DNA from: an uncultured bacterium
GTDB lineage: Bacteria; Patescibacteriota; JAHJAL01
Assembly: GCA_938004065.1 (NCBI GenBank)
Contig: CALKWM010000013.1
Location: 75,914-139,913, forward strand
Direction of reading: 5' to 3'
Length of the DNA stretch: 64,000 bases
In this document: positions 1-9,472 of the stretch, one piece after another
How positions within the stretch are numbered: the stretch's first letter is position 1
How the letters are laid out: each line of letters begins with the position of its first letter
Notes under the pieces: generated by a model
What the model was told of the DNA's origin: nothing
Seen by the model: the letters and a program-made list of their open reading frames with translations, nothing else
Databases searched by the model: none
Program-made: the position numbers and the translations under genes

Positions 1-4
1 GAGC

Positions 5-541
5 GTGTTGCTTGAAAAAATCAATAGCTCAAAACCAAAAATCAAAGTTGAAAAAGGATGGAAGGGTTTGTATAACAATGCTAAAAAAGGATTATTGCGT
101 TTGTTTGGTAGAGGAGAAAAACCGGTGGAGAAAAAAGTAAATCCGTTGGAAAAAGAATTAGCAGAAAAAGAAAATAGTATAAAATTGATGAGAGATTCTG
201 CGCTGGAATCGAAAAACAAACTCGTGCAATTGGAAAAGAAATCGGATGTAAAGAACAAGATTTTATCGGATGTGATAGATAAACAGGTGGAGAAAATATA
301 TAGTGATGTGTTTTCCGCTATTGAAAAATCTGACAAGTATAAAGAAACTAACTACATACCTGAATCCGATCGTGCCAGATTGATGGCGGTTGCTAAAGAA
401 GAAGTAAAAGACACTTTGGAAAGGTGGGAAAAAACTATTTTTGACGAGAAAGTAAAAAAGATGATTCAAGAAAAAATAACCAAATTCAATGAAGAGATAA
501 AAGAGAGAACAAAGATGGCTAAGGATTTAGGGAGTAGATGA
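5..541 (+). CDS. Hypothetical Lys/Glu-rich coiled-coil protein, 5'-truncated at the window edge
   Basis: ORF runs off the window start. Charged, heptad-like composition. No recognisable catalytic motif. Confidence 0.35.
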   Translation: MLLEKINSSKPKIKVEKGWKGLYNNAKKGLLRLFGRGEKPVEKKVNPLEKELAEKENSIKLMRDSALESKNKLVQLEKKSDVKNKILSDVIDKQVEKIYSDVFSAIEKSDKYKETNYIPESDRARLMAVAKEEVKDTLERWEKTIFDEKVKKMIQEKITKFNEEIKERTKMAKDLGSR

Positions 542-595
542 ACGAAAATTCTGTTGTAAGAGCGAAATCATTTTTTACATATAATATCGAGAAAC

Positions 596-1009
596 ATGAA
601 AACAAAAATACAAGATAATATGCAGATTTTGGTATCACAGTTGCGGGAGGATTTGAGCGAGATTGATTGTATGATGGATGACTATTTTGAAGCCGAGGCC
701 AATGAATGCGGGATGAAATGGTTTAGTTTCAATGAGGAAAAAAACCGGGGGAAGGATGAACTGGTGCGAATTAGCGTCTGGAGTTTGGATGCGAATTGTT
801 ATGATGTAGAAGAAATGCTGGCTAGCAAATATGTTTGGCTGGGAGATTTGGTAACCAGGATTGATGAGAAAGGTAATTTGAGATATGTAAATTGCGAAAA
901 TGCCAAAGGGCTGATCGCAGAAGATCTGGTGGAATTGTTTCGAGGGTTTTGCGGAGGCAAAGTGGCTTGTGTGATGCCAAATTGTGTGGAAGTAAAAATA
1001 AATTTATAA
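596..1009 (+). CDS. Hypothetical protein
   Basis: 137-aa ORF with a normal start context. No recognisable motif. Confidence 0.35.
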   Translation: MKTKIQDNMQILVSQLREDLSEIDCMMDDYFEAEANECGMKWFSFNEEKNRGKDELVRISVWSLDANCYDVEEMLASKYVWLGDLVTRIDEKGNLRYVNCENAKGLIAEDLVELFRGFCGGKVACVMPNCVEVKINL

Positions 1010-1042
1010 ATCAATATTTTTGATAATAATTAATACATAAAA

Positions 1043-2959
1043 ATGAGTAAGAATAATTTAGAAAAGCCATCTTTGATAAGTTCCAAATCAATTGTCGACT
1101 GGAAAAAAACAATTCAAGCGACCGCTGTTTTGACCGCATTGTCCAGTATTTTGGGTGCCAAATTTGAAAGTGGAAAGAGTGAGGTAAGTACTCATCCTAC
1201 CGATATACAGTTAGGTGAATTAAGTAAAGTTCATGAAGTTGAGCAAGTTGGTCAGTCGATGTATCCAGAAAATCAGTCTGATAAAATTTTGTCAGAAATC
1301 GGTGTAAAAATTGATTTTGGTCAGGAAAAAGTTCCTGATCGATGGAATGAAACTGCTTCTCGAGTACAGACAAGCAATTTAATTACATTTGAAAGTTGTG
1401 GTTTAAAGGAAAATAATCCTGTCCGTCAAGAAGTGCAAAAATTGATTGATTTAGGTAAAAATTTGGATGGTAGAGAACGTAGTAATTATTTATTGGAGGT
1501 CAAGCAAGAATTTGAAAAAAAATTTATTGACAGCACATCTGATTCAGAGAAAGAAACAATAATGGCCGGATATTTATTGTTTAGAAATGAATTTAATTCA
1601 CTTTTGAAAGCGGGGGAAAAAATTGATGCTTTGTCTGCTGCCAAAAAAGCAGAGATGGTTTCACAAAATATTGATTTGGATGAGTATCTTGATCGTCAAT
1701 ATGAAAGTGATTATAAATTGTATGTCGATGCTACCAAACCGTTAGTAATAAAGGATTCAAACAATAAAGATATAATTGAACTTGAACCGGATACAAATAT
1801 TCATCAGTTGATAGGTAATACAGATATTATTGAACATATAAATAGTTATGGAGGGGTGGAAATTACAAATTTGACAGATTTGAAAGATATTGATCCGGTA
1901 GTATATCAAACTATTACGGAACATAATTTGGATAAACAAACCGAGATTGAAACTCAAAAAATTGCTGAAGAGATAAACAAAATTTTGGTTGAAAATAATT
2001 CCAATGAACTTGATGAAACTGATTTGGAAAATCTTCAATTTCAAGTGCATAAGACATTACAAAAAAGTATTGAATCAGGGAATGTGGAAGAGGTGAAAAT
2101 TCCTTTAAATACAGTTACAGTCACTAATCCGGCTGTAAAAAATGAGATAAATACTTCCAAGTATTCTATTAGATTTCCGCAGTTTGAAGTTGGAAAATAT
2201 GATGTCAATATAGTGGCTGATTTGTTGCATAATTATCAACTGTTCGGGAAGGATATTTATTTGCCTTCAATATCTATGGAAGCGGAAAATAAACTGTCAG
2301 ATGCAGTTTATAAAGATGGGTTTTTGAATGTTAGATTATCGGCAAATCAAAATATTATGGTTGGAAATATTTCAGAAGATATGTTGTGTCAGGGAAATTT
2401 GGTGTATGTCGTATCGCCAGCTGTCGGATCAGAATCCGATATTGCAATGCCTGTAAATAAACCGAGCGAGAAATTTAACCTAAGTGTAATGATACCATTA
2501 ATACCATTGATAATATTGAGACTGAGAAATAAAAAAAATAAATTAGGACAAGAAAGAGACATTAAATACAAAGAATCAGTAAAAAAGAAACCTATTCTGT
2601 CTAAAAAACAAATTTCGCCAGTATTTGAACCAATGAAGGATAAGAAATCAATTCAAATAGAAAAATCAATTATTCCGGAAAATAATTTGTTGGGAAATGA
2701 TGATTCTGTTCTTTCAATAAAAACTGATGGTAACGAAATACCAATACTTTCTCCCACACCTCCAGATTTTAGAGATAAGAGGTATTGGCCAAGAGATGTG
2801 ACAAAATCTTTGCTAAAGAGATCTAAAAAAATTCCACCCAAGAAGACTCTGGGTCAAAAATTAAAAAAACTAAGTGGGTCGGGTAAGGAAGTTGGTTCAC
2901 ATGCAGTGGGTGAATCAGGAGGATATCGATATAAAAGAAAAAAGAGAAGAGTGGCGTAA
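1043..2959 (+). CDS. Large hypothetical protein (638 aa) with a hydrophobic segment near its C-terminus
   Basis: Long ORF. Segment VMIPLIPLIILRLRNKK looks like a membrane anchor followed by a basic tail. No enzyme motifs seen. Confidence 0.45.
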   Translation: MSKNNLEKPSLISSKSIVDWKKTIQATAVLTALSSILGAKFESGKSEVSTHPTDIQLGELSKVHEVEQVGQSMYPENQSDKILSEIGVKIDFGQEKVPDRWNETASRVQTSNLITFESCGLKENNPVRQEVQKLIDLGKNLDGRERSNYLLEVKQEFEKKFIDSTSDSEKETIMAGYLLFRNEFNSLLKAGEKIDALSAAKKAEMVSQNIDLDEYLDRQYESDYKLYVDATKPLVIKDSNNKDIIELEPDTNIHQLIGNTDIIEHINSYGGVEITNLTDLKDIDPVVYQTITEHNLDKQTEIETQKIAEEINKILVENNSNELDETDLENLQFQVHKTLQKSIESGNVEEVKIPLNTVTVTNPAVKNEINTSKYSIRFPQFEVGKYDVNIVADLLHNYQLFGKDIYLPSISMEAENKLSDAVYKDGFLNVRLSANQNIMVGNISEDMLCQGNLVYVVSPAVGSESDIAMPVNKPSEKFNLSVMIPLIPLIILRLRNKKNKLGQERDIKYKESVKKKPILSKKQISPVFEPMKDKKSIQIEKSIIPENNLLGNDDSVLSIKTDGNEIPILSPTPPDFRDKRYWPRDVTKSLLKRSKKIPPKKTLGQKLKKLSGSGKEVGSHAVGESGGYRYKRKKRRVA

Positions 2960-2975
2960 ATTAAATTAAAAAACT

Positions 2976-3269
2976 ATGGAACAATTTATAAATATTTTGA
3001 CTATTGCTTACGGAGTGGGGGGAGTGGTAACTTTGTTTGGTTATATCCCGACGGTTCGTGATTTGTATGTTGGAAAACCAAGTGCCAATTCGACCACTTA
3101 TTTGATTTGGTTTATCACTACTTTTATCGCGACTTTGTATGGTTGGTTTGTATTGAAGGATTGGGTGTATTTATTGGTGGTTGGTTTACAGTTGGTGATG
3201 TGCTTGGTGATTTTGATTTTGAGGATGAGGTTGGCTTTTGTGAAAGGAAATTTTTCGAATGAGAAATAA
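2976..3269 (+). CDS. Small integral membrane protein
   Basis: 97 aa with two or three hydrophobic helices (GVGGVVTLFGYIP..., LLVVGLQLVMCLVILIL). Confidence 0.4.
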   Translation: MEQFINILTIAYGVGGVVTLFGYIPTVRDLYVGKPSANSTTYLIWFITTFIATLYGWFVLKDWVYLLVVGLQLVMCLVILILRMRLAFVKGNFSNEK

Positions 3270-3281
3270 AAATATTAATTA

Positions 3282-3426
3282 ATGAGTAGTGCTAAAAAAA
3301 AGAAATATGGTATGGATCCCCGATCCGCCCGAGGCGGACAAGTTATCGTCCGCCCCCACCCAAGGCGGGCAGGCAAGGCGGATCGATTCGAGGATGACAG
3401 ATAAGAAATTTAACCAGCACTACTTA
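3282..3426. repeat. Repeat family A copy 1: structured GC-hairpin element just after a stop codon
   Basis: Conserved ends are aatgagtagtgctaa on the left and cagcactactta on the right, which are inverted. The conserved core is ggtatggatccccgatcc...cgattcgaggatgacagataag. GC hairpins ccgcccgaggcggac and cgcccccacccaaggcgggc sit inside the core. Further copies lie at 55639-55796 and 63902-64000. Confidence 0.6.
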
Positions 3427-3463
3427 TAAATTAAAATAGTAAATTTATCATTAAAATAAAAAA

Positions 3464-6265
3464 ATGAACAAATTAAACGAAGGGAAAGAAAGTGTTGAAC
3501 AAAAAGAAGAGTTAATTCAAAAAATTAACTTTAATGAAGCTGGTTTTGAGGATTTAAAAAAGGTAAAAAATTTGGAAGTTGGGATAGAAAAACAAAATCT
3601 AGCATTAATTTTGGCAGAAATGAATGAGCGTTTAGGACTGGTTGGTGAAGAGAAAATGAAGTCAAGGGAAGGAGGTTATCATTTGACGATTATTGATCCT
3701 TCGGAAAGTGGTTTTTTGGATATTATGACTGCAAAACAATTTGAAAAATTGAAGCAAATTAGTAACAATATTGCTGATGGCAAAGGAGTAGAAGTGAAAG
3801 GAATCGGAATGATTGATGGAGAAAGTAGTAGTGAGGTGAGGGAAAGTGATAAAAACAAGAAAGTTTGTTTTGTGGTAATTGAATCAGATGAGTTAAATGA
3901 TTTTAGAGAGAGTTTACCGGAAAGGATTGATTCCAAAGGGAAAAAGGTCAAGTTAACAAAGAAGGATTTGCACATTACACTCGGATTTGTAGGTGGAGAT
4001 ATTCATAATTCAAATATGAAAAATGAGGAAACAAAAAAGTATATCCCGATCAGAAAATCAAAAGATGAAAGATTTGATGATGTAGCCAAGATGATAAAAC
4101 TGGAATTTGGAGGGATCGATGGCGATAAGAAAGAGGAGAAAAAATCGGAAACGCCAGTGAAGGTTGAAAAGAAAGTCATGGCGATTAGCGGTCAGGAGAT
4201 GGGATTGATTATGAAAAATTTTCATGAGTTGGGTATAGATAATAGTAAAAGAGGTGAGTTCACTGCTATTTTGAAAAGTGAAGGAATGGCAGGATTGGGT
4301 AAGGCCGGATATGGTAGACAAATTGGTATTATTAAGAAATTGTTGATGGGAAAATGGAATAATATGATAGAAAAAATGGAGAAAAAGATTGATTCAAAGA
4401 AAATAGCAGAGAAATTAAGGAATGCAAGTGAAAAAGTTGTACTGATACCCAAAAAGGGTAATGTTGATGAAAAATATATAATCAAAAGTTTGCCTGATGG
4501 TAAGGGCAAAAAAATTGTGGCGGTAGATTTCAATGTATTTGAAATTGAAAAAAAAGGTGTACCGGTCAAAGTTGGTTTGTCAAATGAAATGGTTGGTTAC
4601 AAAGAAAATTATCAAGGCAGAGAAATTATCAATATCGATCATCATATTCCGATAGATGAGATGAAAAGAATAGTATCAAGCACTAATTTGGCATGCGAAT
4701 ATGTTAAAAATAATGGTATTATTCAGGATGAAGAATATGATGTAGTTGCTCATCATGCTGATGTTGATAGTTTTTTGGCAACTCTTGTGTTGCGGGGAGC
4801 AATACCTCCAGATCAAGGTATTGAAGATACCGCAATAGCGGCTGACCACACTGGTAGAGACAATGCTTTGGCCGATTTTCTCCAGGCCAGCCAGGAAGAA
4901 AAAAAGATAAAAGACGCTAATGGAGAAACGAGTTATCAAAATACTTTTAAATATCTATCCGAAAATTTAGCGAAATTATTGGAAAAGGTAAATATTGATG
5001 ATTTGTCAAAGATGAAAAGTAGAGAATTATTGCAATTATTGAATGATAATGATGAATTGAAAATTGATCCAAAAATGATATTGAATTTGGAAAGCAGGAT
5101 AAAGAAAAGGCAGAAAGTGAAGGAATTGGTGGAAAGATTGGGTCAAAAAGAAGGGTTTAAAGAAGTCAGAGAGGGTAGTGGAGTGTATTATGTTGATGTG
5201 AATCAGGAAATTGACGGGGAGTTGGCTCCGGCGGTTTTTGCTGATAACGGGATAAATGCAAATGTGATTGTGATTTCATATCCAAATAAAGATTTCCCAG
5301 GGAGATTGGCAACCAAAGTGAGGTTGGGGGAATGGGGTATGATCAATAAATTGGATTTGCAAAAAATTGATTTGAATTATTTTGTTCGTGGAATTGATAA
5401 GGAAGGTAATAAACTTGATACTCCTGGTTATGGTGGCAGATGGAATGCCGGATCGGATAAAAGAAATGGCGGAACGTATTTAAATGGATGTGAATATGCT
5501 AGAAATATTGATAATCTAATCAGGGCACAGGAAGATATTGGTTTGTTTTTAAAGAGTTTGTCTGAAGATGAAGACATAAATCAGGATGATAGAAAGAGTA
5601 TTGTTGAGGCGTTTAATTTGATGATAGAATTGCATATCTCTCAGAAAGATCGTCCGGATAAAAAACCTTATATTGTGCATCCGTTGGAAGTGGCAAAAGT
5701 GGTTTGGCAGGATTTTGGGGTTAAAGATAAAGATGTAATTGTAGCTGCTTTGTTGCATGATAGTATTGAAGATCAAGCGGAAAAATTGAGTGAAAAAAAT
5801 GGTGAGCCGGAAAGCGTTGATAAAATACGAAGCGGTTTGAATTATATTGGAAAAAAATTTGGTATGGATGTGGCAAGGTTAGTGGAAGAGTTGTCAAATC
5901 CGGATAGATCAGAAGAGGATATTGAAAAAGAATTATTTGATTTGGGATTTGATGTAAATAATGAAAACTTCGAAAAGGAAAAAAATAAGCTGAAGAATAA
6001 ATATTACTTGGAACATGTAAAAGAAATAATTGAAAAAGATCCCAAATTGTTGATGATCAAATTGGCTGATTTTAGTTTGAACGCTTTGGCATTGGATAAT
6101 GTCCAAGATCCAGTTAGAAAAGCAAAATTATTGGCCAAATATCAGCCGGCAGGAAAGTTGTTTTTGGAAAAAATAAATAGTCCAGATGGGGCTACTGAAA
6201 ATTTAATCGATAAATTTAATTTGGATAAATTGAATTGGTTGCGAAATAAATTGGAATATTTGTAA
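3464..6265 (+). CDS. Large protein (933 aa) with a C-terminal RelA/SpoT-type HD hydrolase domain
   Basis: Segment HPLEVAKVVWQDFGVKDKDVIVAALLHDSIEDQ...FGMDVARLVEEL matches the HD (p)ppGpp-hydrolase motif (HxxxVA...AALLHDxxED). No synthetase motifs are visible. The N-terminal roughly 700 aa are uncharacterised. Confidence 0.55.
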   Translation: MNKLNEGKESVEQKEELIQKINFNEAGFEDLKKVKNLEVGIEKQNLALILAEMNERLGLVGEEKMKSREGGYHLTIIDPSESGFLDIMTAKQFEKLKQISNNIADGKGVEVKGIGMIDGESSSEVRESDKNKKVCFVVIESDELNDFRESLPERIDSKGKKVKLTKKDLHITLGFVGGDIHNSNMKNEETKKYIPIRKSKDERFDDVAKMIKLEFGGIDGDKKEEKKSETPVKVEKKVMAISGQEMGLIMKNFHELGIDNSKRGEFTAILKSEGMAGLGKAGYGRQIGIIKKLLMGKWNNMIEKMEKKIDSKKIAEKLRNASEKVVLIPKKGNVDEKYIIKSLPDGKGKKIVAVDFNVFEIEKKGVPVKVGLSNEMVGYKENYQGREIINIDHHIPIDEMKRIVSSTNLACEYVKNNGIIQDEEYDVVAHHADVDSFLATLVLRGAIPPDQGIEDTAIAADHTGRDNALADFLQASQEEKKIKDANGETSYQNTFKYLSENLAKLLEKVNIDDLSKMKSRELLQLLNDNDELKIDPKMILNLESRIKKRQKVKELVERLGQKEGFKEVREGSGVYYVDVNQEIDGELAPAVFADNGINANVIVISYPNKDFPGRLATKVRLGEWGMINKLDLQKIDLNYFVRGIDKEGNKLDTPGYGGRWNAGSDKRNGGTYLNGCEYARNIDNLIRAQEDIGLFLKSLSEDEDINQDDRKSIVEAFNLMIELHISQKDRPDKKPYIVHPLEVAKVVWQDFGVKDKDVIVAALLHDSIEDQAEKLSEKNGEPESVDKIRSGLNYIGKKFGMDVARLVEELSNPDRSEEDIEKELFDLGFDVNNENFEKEKNKLKNKYYLEHVKEIIEKDPKLLMIKLADFSLNALALDNVQDPVRKAKLLAKYQPAGKLFLEKINSPDGATENLIDKFNLDKLNWLRNKLEYL

Positions 6266-6473
6266 ATTATTTTAATTTATCTGATTAAGATTTTGCCAAA
6301 GCAGGGCAAGAAAATGAAAGACAATTACGGAGAATAGATATAGAAATGGAGAAAAAAAGAAGCTAAGAAAGAATAAAGTTATTTGACTTTTAATCCTAAT
6401 TTAAGTTTAAGTTTGATAGAATAGATATAGTAAATAATATATTATTTACTATATTTTTTAAAGAAAAAAAATT

Positions 6474-8342
6474 ATGTTTAAAAAAATAATTAATTTATGT
6501 TTTGTAGCGATGTTGGCAGTAAATGGATTGGTAGTGGACAATGTGTTGGCTGCTGATTATCAATCAAAATGGCTAGGACAAAGTAGTTATTTGACGTTGT
6601 CTGAGGGACAGGTGGAAACGGTGTGGGTGGAGTTTCAAAATACCGGTAGTGCCAATTGGTATCGTGATGGAGATAACGCTTTGCACCTGGGAACAGCCAA
6701 GGATTTGGATCGAAAGAGTATGTTTTATAAAGAATCGGATTGGCTTTCAATGAATCGAGTCAAAATGAAACAAGAAGTGGTAAAGCCGGGCGAGACAGCC
6801 AGATTTGAGTGGCAAATAGAGGCGCCATATCAATCGGGAGTGTATCATGAATATTTTCGGCCAGTGGCGGAAAATATCACTTGGCTCAATGATCAAAGTG
6901 TGTATTGGGAATGGCGAGTTATTGGCGGAGTCGGATTTGAAGAAATGTGTGCTTCCAAAGATAGCGTAACTCAAACCAATGTTTGTACCATGCCGGAACC
7001 ATGGATGTATGAATCGAGTTGGGCGGGGCAGAGTAGTTATCTGACTATGAATACAGGTGAAGTGAAAGATTTGTGGGTGGAATTTGAAAACAATGGTTTG
7101 GCCAGTTGGGTCCAGTCGGGTGATTTTGCAGTACGGTTGGGGACGGCGAATCCGATTGATCGGGCCAGTAAGTTTTATCACAGTTCTTGGCTTTCCAATA
7201 ATCGAGTGATGATGACGCAGTCGGTGGTGAAAGCGGGTGAAAAAGCGAAATTTAGTTTCAAAGTGCAGGCGCCCACTGTTCCAGGTACGTATTATGAATA
7301 TTTTCGGCCGGTGGTGGAAAATATTTCTTGGTTAAAGGATGAGGGTGTTTTTTGGAAAATTGAAGTTTTGTCGGAGGAATCAAATAAACCGGTTGATCCT
7401 CCAGTAATTAATCCGGATGACAATAACAATTATGATGGCAAAACGGGAGTACCGATAGCCAGCGGAGCGGCAAAGGTTTCTAGTGAGGGTGCTTTTGAGG
7501 TGTACAATGCTTATACCAATAAATTGATCAGTACAGTTGGTGCCGGGACACAAGTGGCGTTGAAATACGAGGACGGGAAATACAAAATATGGGTGGGAAA
7601 TTTGTACTATGAATCGCCCGATTATGTACAATTGCGAGCAAAAAATGGCGCGATATTGCGGGTGGATTCGTACAATGACATAAAATCCTGGAATTCCAGT
7701 TTGAATGACAATTTGTTTCGCGATACGATTGAAATTCGATATTCGGATATGACCAATCAAACTTGGATTATCAATGAATTGTCGATGGAGGATTATGTGG
7801 CGGGAATTGCTGAATCGGGCAATACGTCACCGGCCGAGTATCTCAAAGCAATGGCAATTGCCGGCAGGACGTATGTGACATATCATAAAAATCGCGGTGG
7901 TCGACATCCGGAAAATTTTATCGATTTATACAATAGTGTCAATGGCAATGGTGATGATCAAGTATATCGTGGTTATGGTTTTGAGATAAGAAATCCAAAT
8001 GTGGTGGATGCGGCCAAAAAAACAGTGGGGATGGTGGTAAAATATGATGGTAAAGTAGTAGTAACACCGTATTTTTCCCAGAGTGATGGTCGAACCAGAT
8101 CGTCTTTTGAGGTATGGGGCAGTACCAGTTATCCATGGTGTCAATCAGTTGATGATCCGTACAACAAAGGTAAAGAACTACGGGGACATGGAGTCGGATT
8201 GAGCGCCAGTGGGGCTTTGGCGTATGCTTCGGAAGAAGGAAAAAATTATGACTGGATATTGAAATACTATTATACCGGTATAGAAATTGGAACGATAAAT
8301 TCGGCTAGTGAAAGAGTGAGAGTGGGGATATATAAATTATAA
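6474..8342 (+). CDS. Secreted SpoIID/LytB-domain protein with two tandem roughly 140-aa N-terminal repeat domains
   Basis: Signal peptide MFKKIINLCFVAMLAVNGLVVDNVLAADY. Internal duplication of QSSYLT...EYFRPV...W blocks. The C-terminal region YVAGIAESGNTSPAEYLKAMAIAGRTYV...YFSQSDGRTRS...RGHGVGLSASGA matches the SpoIID/LytB signature. Confidence 0.7.
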   Translation: MFKKIINLCFVAMLAVNGLVVDNVLAADYQSKWLGQSSYLTLSEGQVETVWVEFQNTGSANWYRDGDNALHLGTAKDLDRKSMFYKESDWLSMNRVKMKQEVVKPGETARFEWQIEAPYQSGVYHEYFRPVAENITWLNDQSVYWEWRVIGGVGFEEMCASKDSVTQTNVCTMPEPWMYESSWAGQSSYLTMNTGEVKDLWVEFENNGLASWVQSGDFAVRLGTANPIDRASKFYHSSWLSNNRVMMTQSVVKAGEKAKFSFKVQAPTVPGTYYEYFRPVVENISWLKDEGVFWKIEVLSEESNKPVDPPVINPDDNNNYDGKTGVPIASGAAKVSSEGAFEVYNAYTNKLISTVGAGTQVALKYEDGKYKIWVGNLYYESPDYVQLRAKNGAILRVDSYNDIKSWNSSLNDNLFRDTIEIRYSDMTNQTWIINELSMEDYVAGIAESGNTSPAEYLKAMAIAGRTYVTYHKNRGGRHPENFIDLYNSVNGNGDDQVYRGYGFEIRNPNVVDAAKKTVGMVVKYDGKVVVTPYFSQSDGRTRSSFEVWGSTSYPWCQSVDDPYNKGKELRGHGVGLSASGALAYASEEGKNYDWILKYYYTGIEIGTINSASERVRVGIYKL

Positions 8343-8353
8343 AAAAACATTCC

Positions 8354-8416
8354 AAACTTTCCAAACATTTTCTGCGCCCTAGGCGCATCCGCCTTGGGCG
8401 GAAAACTTTCCAAACA
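8354..8416. repeat. GC-palindrome mini-element (family C) flanked by a 14-bp direct repeat
   Basis: The sequence aaactttccaaaca occurs at 8354-8367 and again at 8403-8416. Between the two copies lie twin hairpins gcgccctaggcgc and ccgccttgggcgg, downstream of the SpoIID-like gene. Confidence 0.5.
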
Positions 8417-8502
8417 AAATGAGTAGAAAGTAGAAAATGATAAATGCTAAATTGTAATATTGCTAAATTATTTGATAATTGATCATTGGAAATTAATTTA
8501 AG

Positions 8503-9081
8503 ATGATTCGTTTGTTTGCTAAAAAACCCGGGAGAAGGAATAGGAAGCCAAAACAGGAGAAATCCAAATGGTTTTCAGGTTTTTTGAAATCGATAAAAAA
8601 GACGAACAAAAGAAAACTTCGGAGCACGGTTAGAAAAGGTACGGTAACAAAGTCGATTAACAGTACCGGTTGGTATCGTGCTTTTTTGAAATCACGTTTG
8701 TTCAATGTTGTTTTGATGATGGTGGTGGCGTATATGGTTTATCTAACCGGTAGGGAGGCATTGATCAATTATTATCAGTCAAAACAAGTGGCCAAAATAG
8801 AGACAGAAAATGCTAAAATAAGACAAAAGAATGACGAACTCAAATATTTGCTTGAATATTATAAAACTGATAGTTATGCTGAATTGGAGGCCAGAAAGTA
8901 TCTGAATATGAAAAAGCGAGACGAGCAGGTGGTGGTTGTGCCGGTAGATGTAAGCGAAACTCAATTTGGGGTGGAGGTTGAACAGGGGATGGAAGTGGTA
9001 AAAAAAGCAAATTATTTGAAGTGGTGGGATTTCGTATTTGCCGATATCAGCCAATTGCCAAGTAGTAGGGAGGGGGAATGA
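8503..9081 (+). CDS. FtsB/DivIC-like septum-formation initiator (basic N-terminus, one TM helix, coiled coil)
   Basis: Basic N-terminal tail and a TM segment (VVLMMVVAYMVYL). The coiled coil ends in the DivIC-like motif ...SYAELEARKYLNMKKRDEQVVVV. Confidence 0.5.
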   Translation: MIRLFAKKPGRRNRKPKQEKSKWFSGFLKSIKKTNKRKLRSTVRKGTVTKSINSTGWYRAFLKSRLFNVVLMMVVAYMVYLTGREALINYYQSKQVAKIETENAKIRQKNDELKYLLEYYKTDSYAELEARKYLNMKKRDEQVVVVPVDVSETQFGVEVEQGMEVVKKANYLKWWDFVFADISQLPSSREGE

Positions 9082-9227
9082 TAGAAAGTATCAAGTTACA
9101 AGTAACCCCCTAAAGGGGACAATCTCTTTGGCTAAAAGCCAAATTAGATTAGCAAGGATCAAGTAAGGTGTTGTTAAAGCGACGACATCAGTAAGACAGT
9201 ATTAAAAAAATTTAGTTAGCAATTTTT

Positions 9228-9314
9228 GGAGAGGTCGCATAGTGGTTGATTGCGCACGCTTGGAAAGCGTGTATGCCCGCAAGGGTATCGAGGGTTCGAA
9301 TCCCTCTCTCTCCG
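9228..9314 (+). tRNA. tRNA-Ser (anticodon GGA), type II with a long variable arm
   Basis: Acceptor GGAGAGG pairs with TCTCTCC. Anticodon stem-loop is cacgc-TTGGAAA-gcgtg. Long variable arm. T-arm is gaggg-ttcgaat-ccctc. Discriminator is G. Confidence 0.85.
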
Positions 9315-9472
9315 TTTCGTCGGAATACGTTCTCGCTGTTTCGCGTAAGCCGGCAGGACCGACTTCCGCTACACTTAACTCGAACGATTCCTCCTCTGTC
9401 CCATAAATTTCTATGCTTCGCTAGTAAATTTATGGGAGCCCTAAAATACACGATTCATTCTTCCTCTTTCTT

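Noticed and set aside
4640-4810. DHH phosphoesterase motifs (IDHH, AHHADVDSF) in the 933-aa protein
   Set aside because: The motif order is reversed relative to the DHH family, where DxD precedes DHH. No GGGH motif is present. The match is probably fortuitous.
9315-9470. Structured segment after tRNA-Ser as SRP RNA or tmRNA
   Set aside because: It lacks the conserved SRP domain IV sequence (AGGUCCGGAAGGAAGCAGC-like). It lacks a tRNA-like acceptor/T-arm pair and a tag reading frame. It is kept only as an unexplained structured region.
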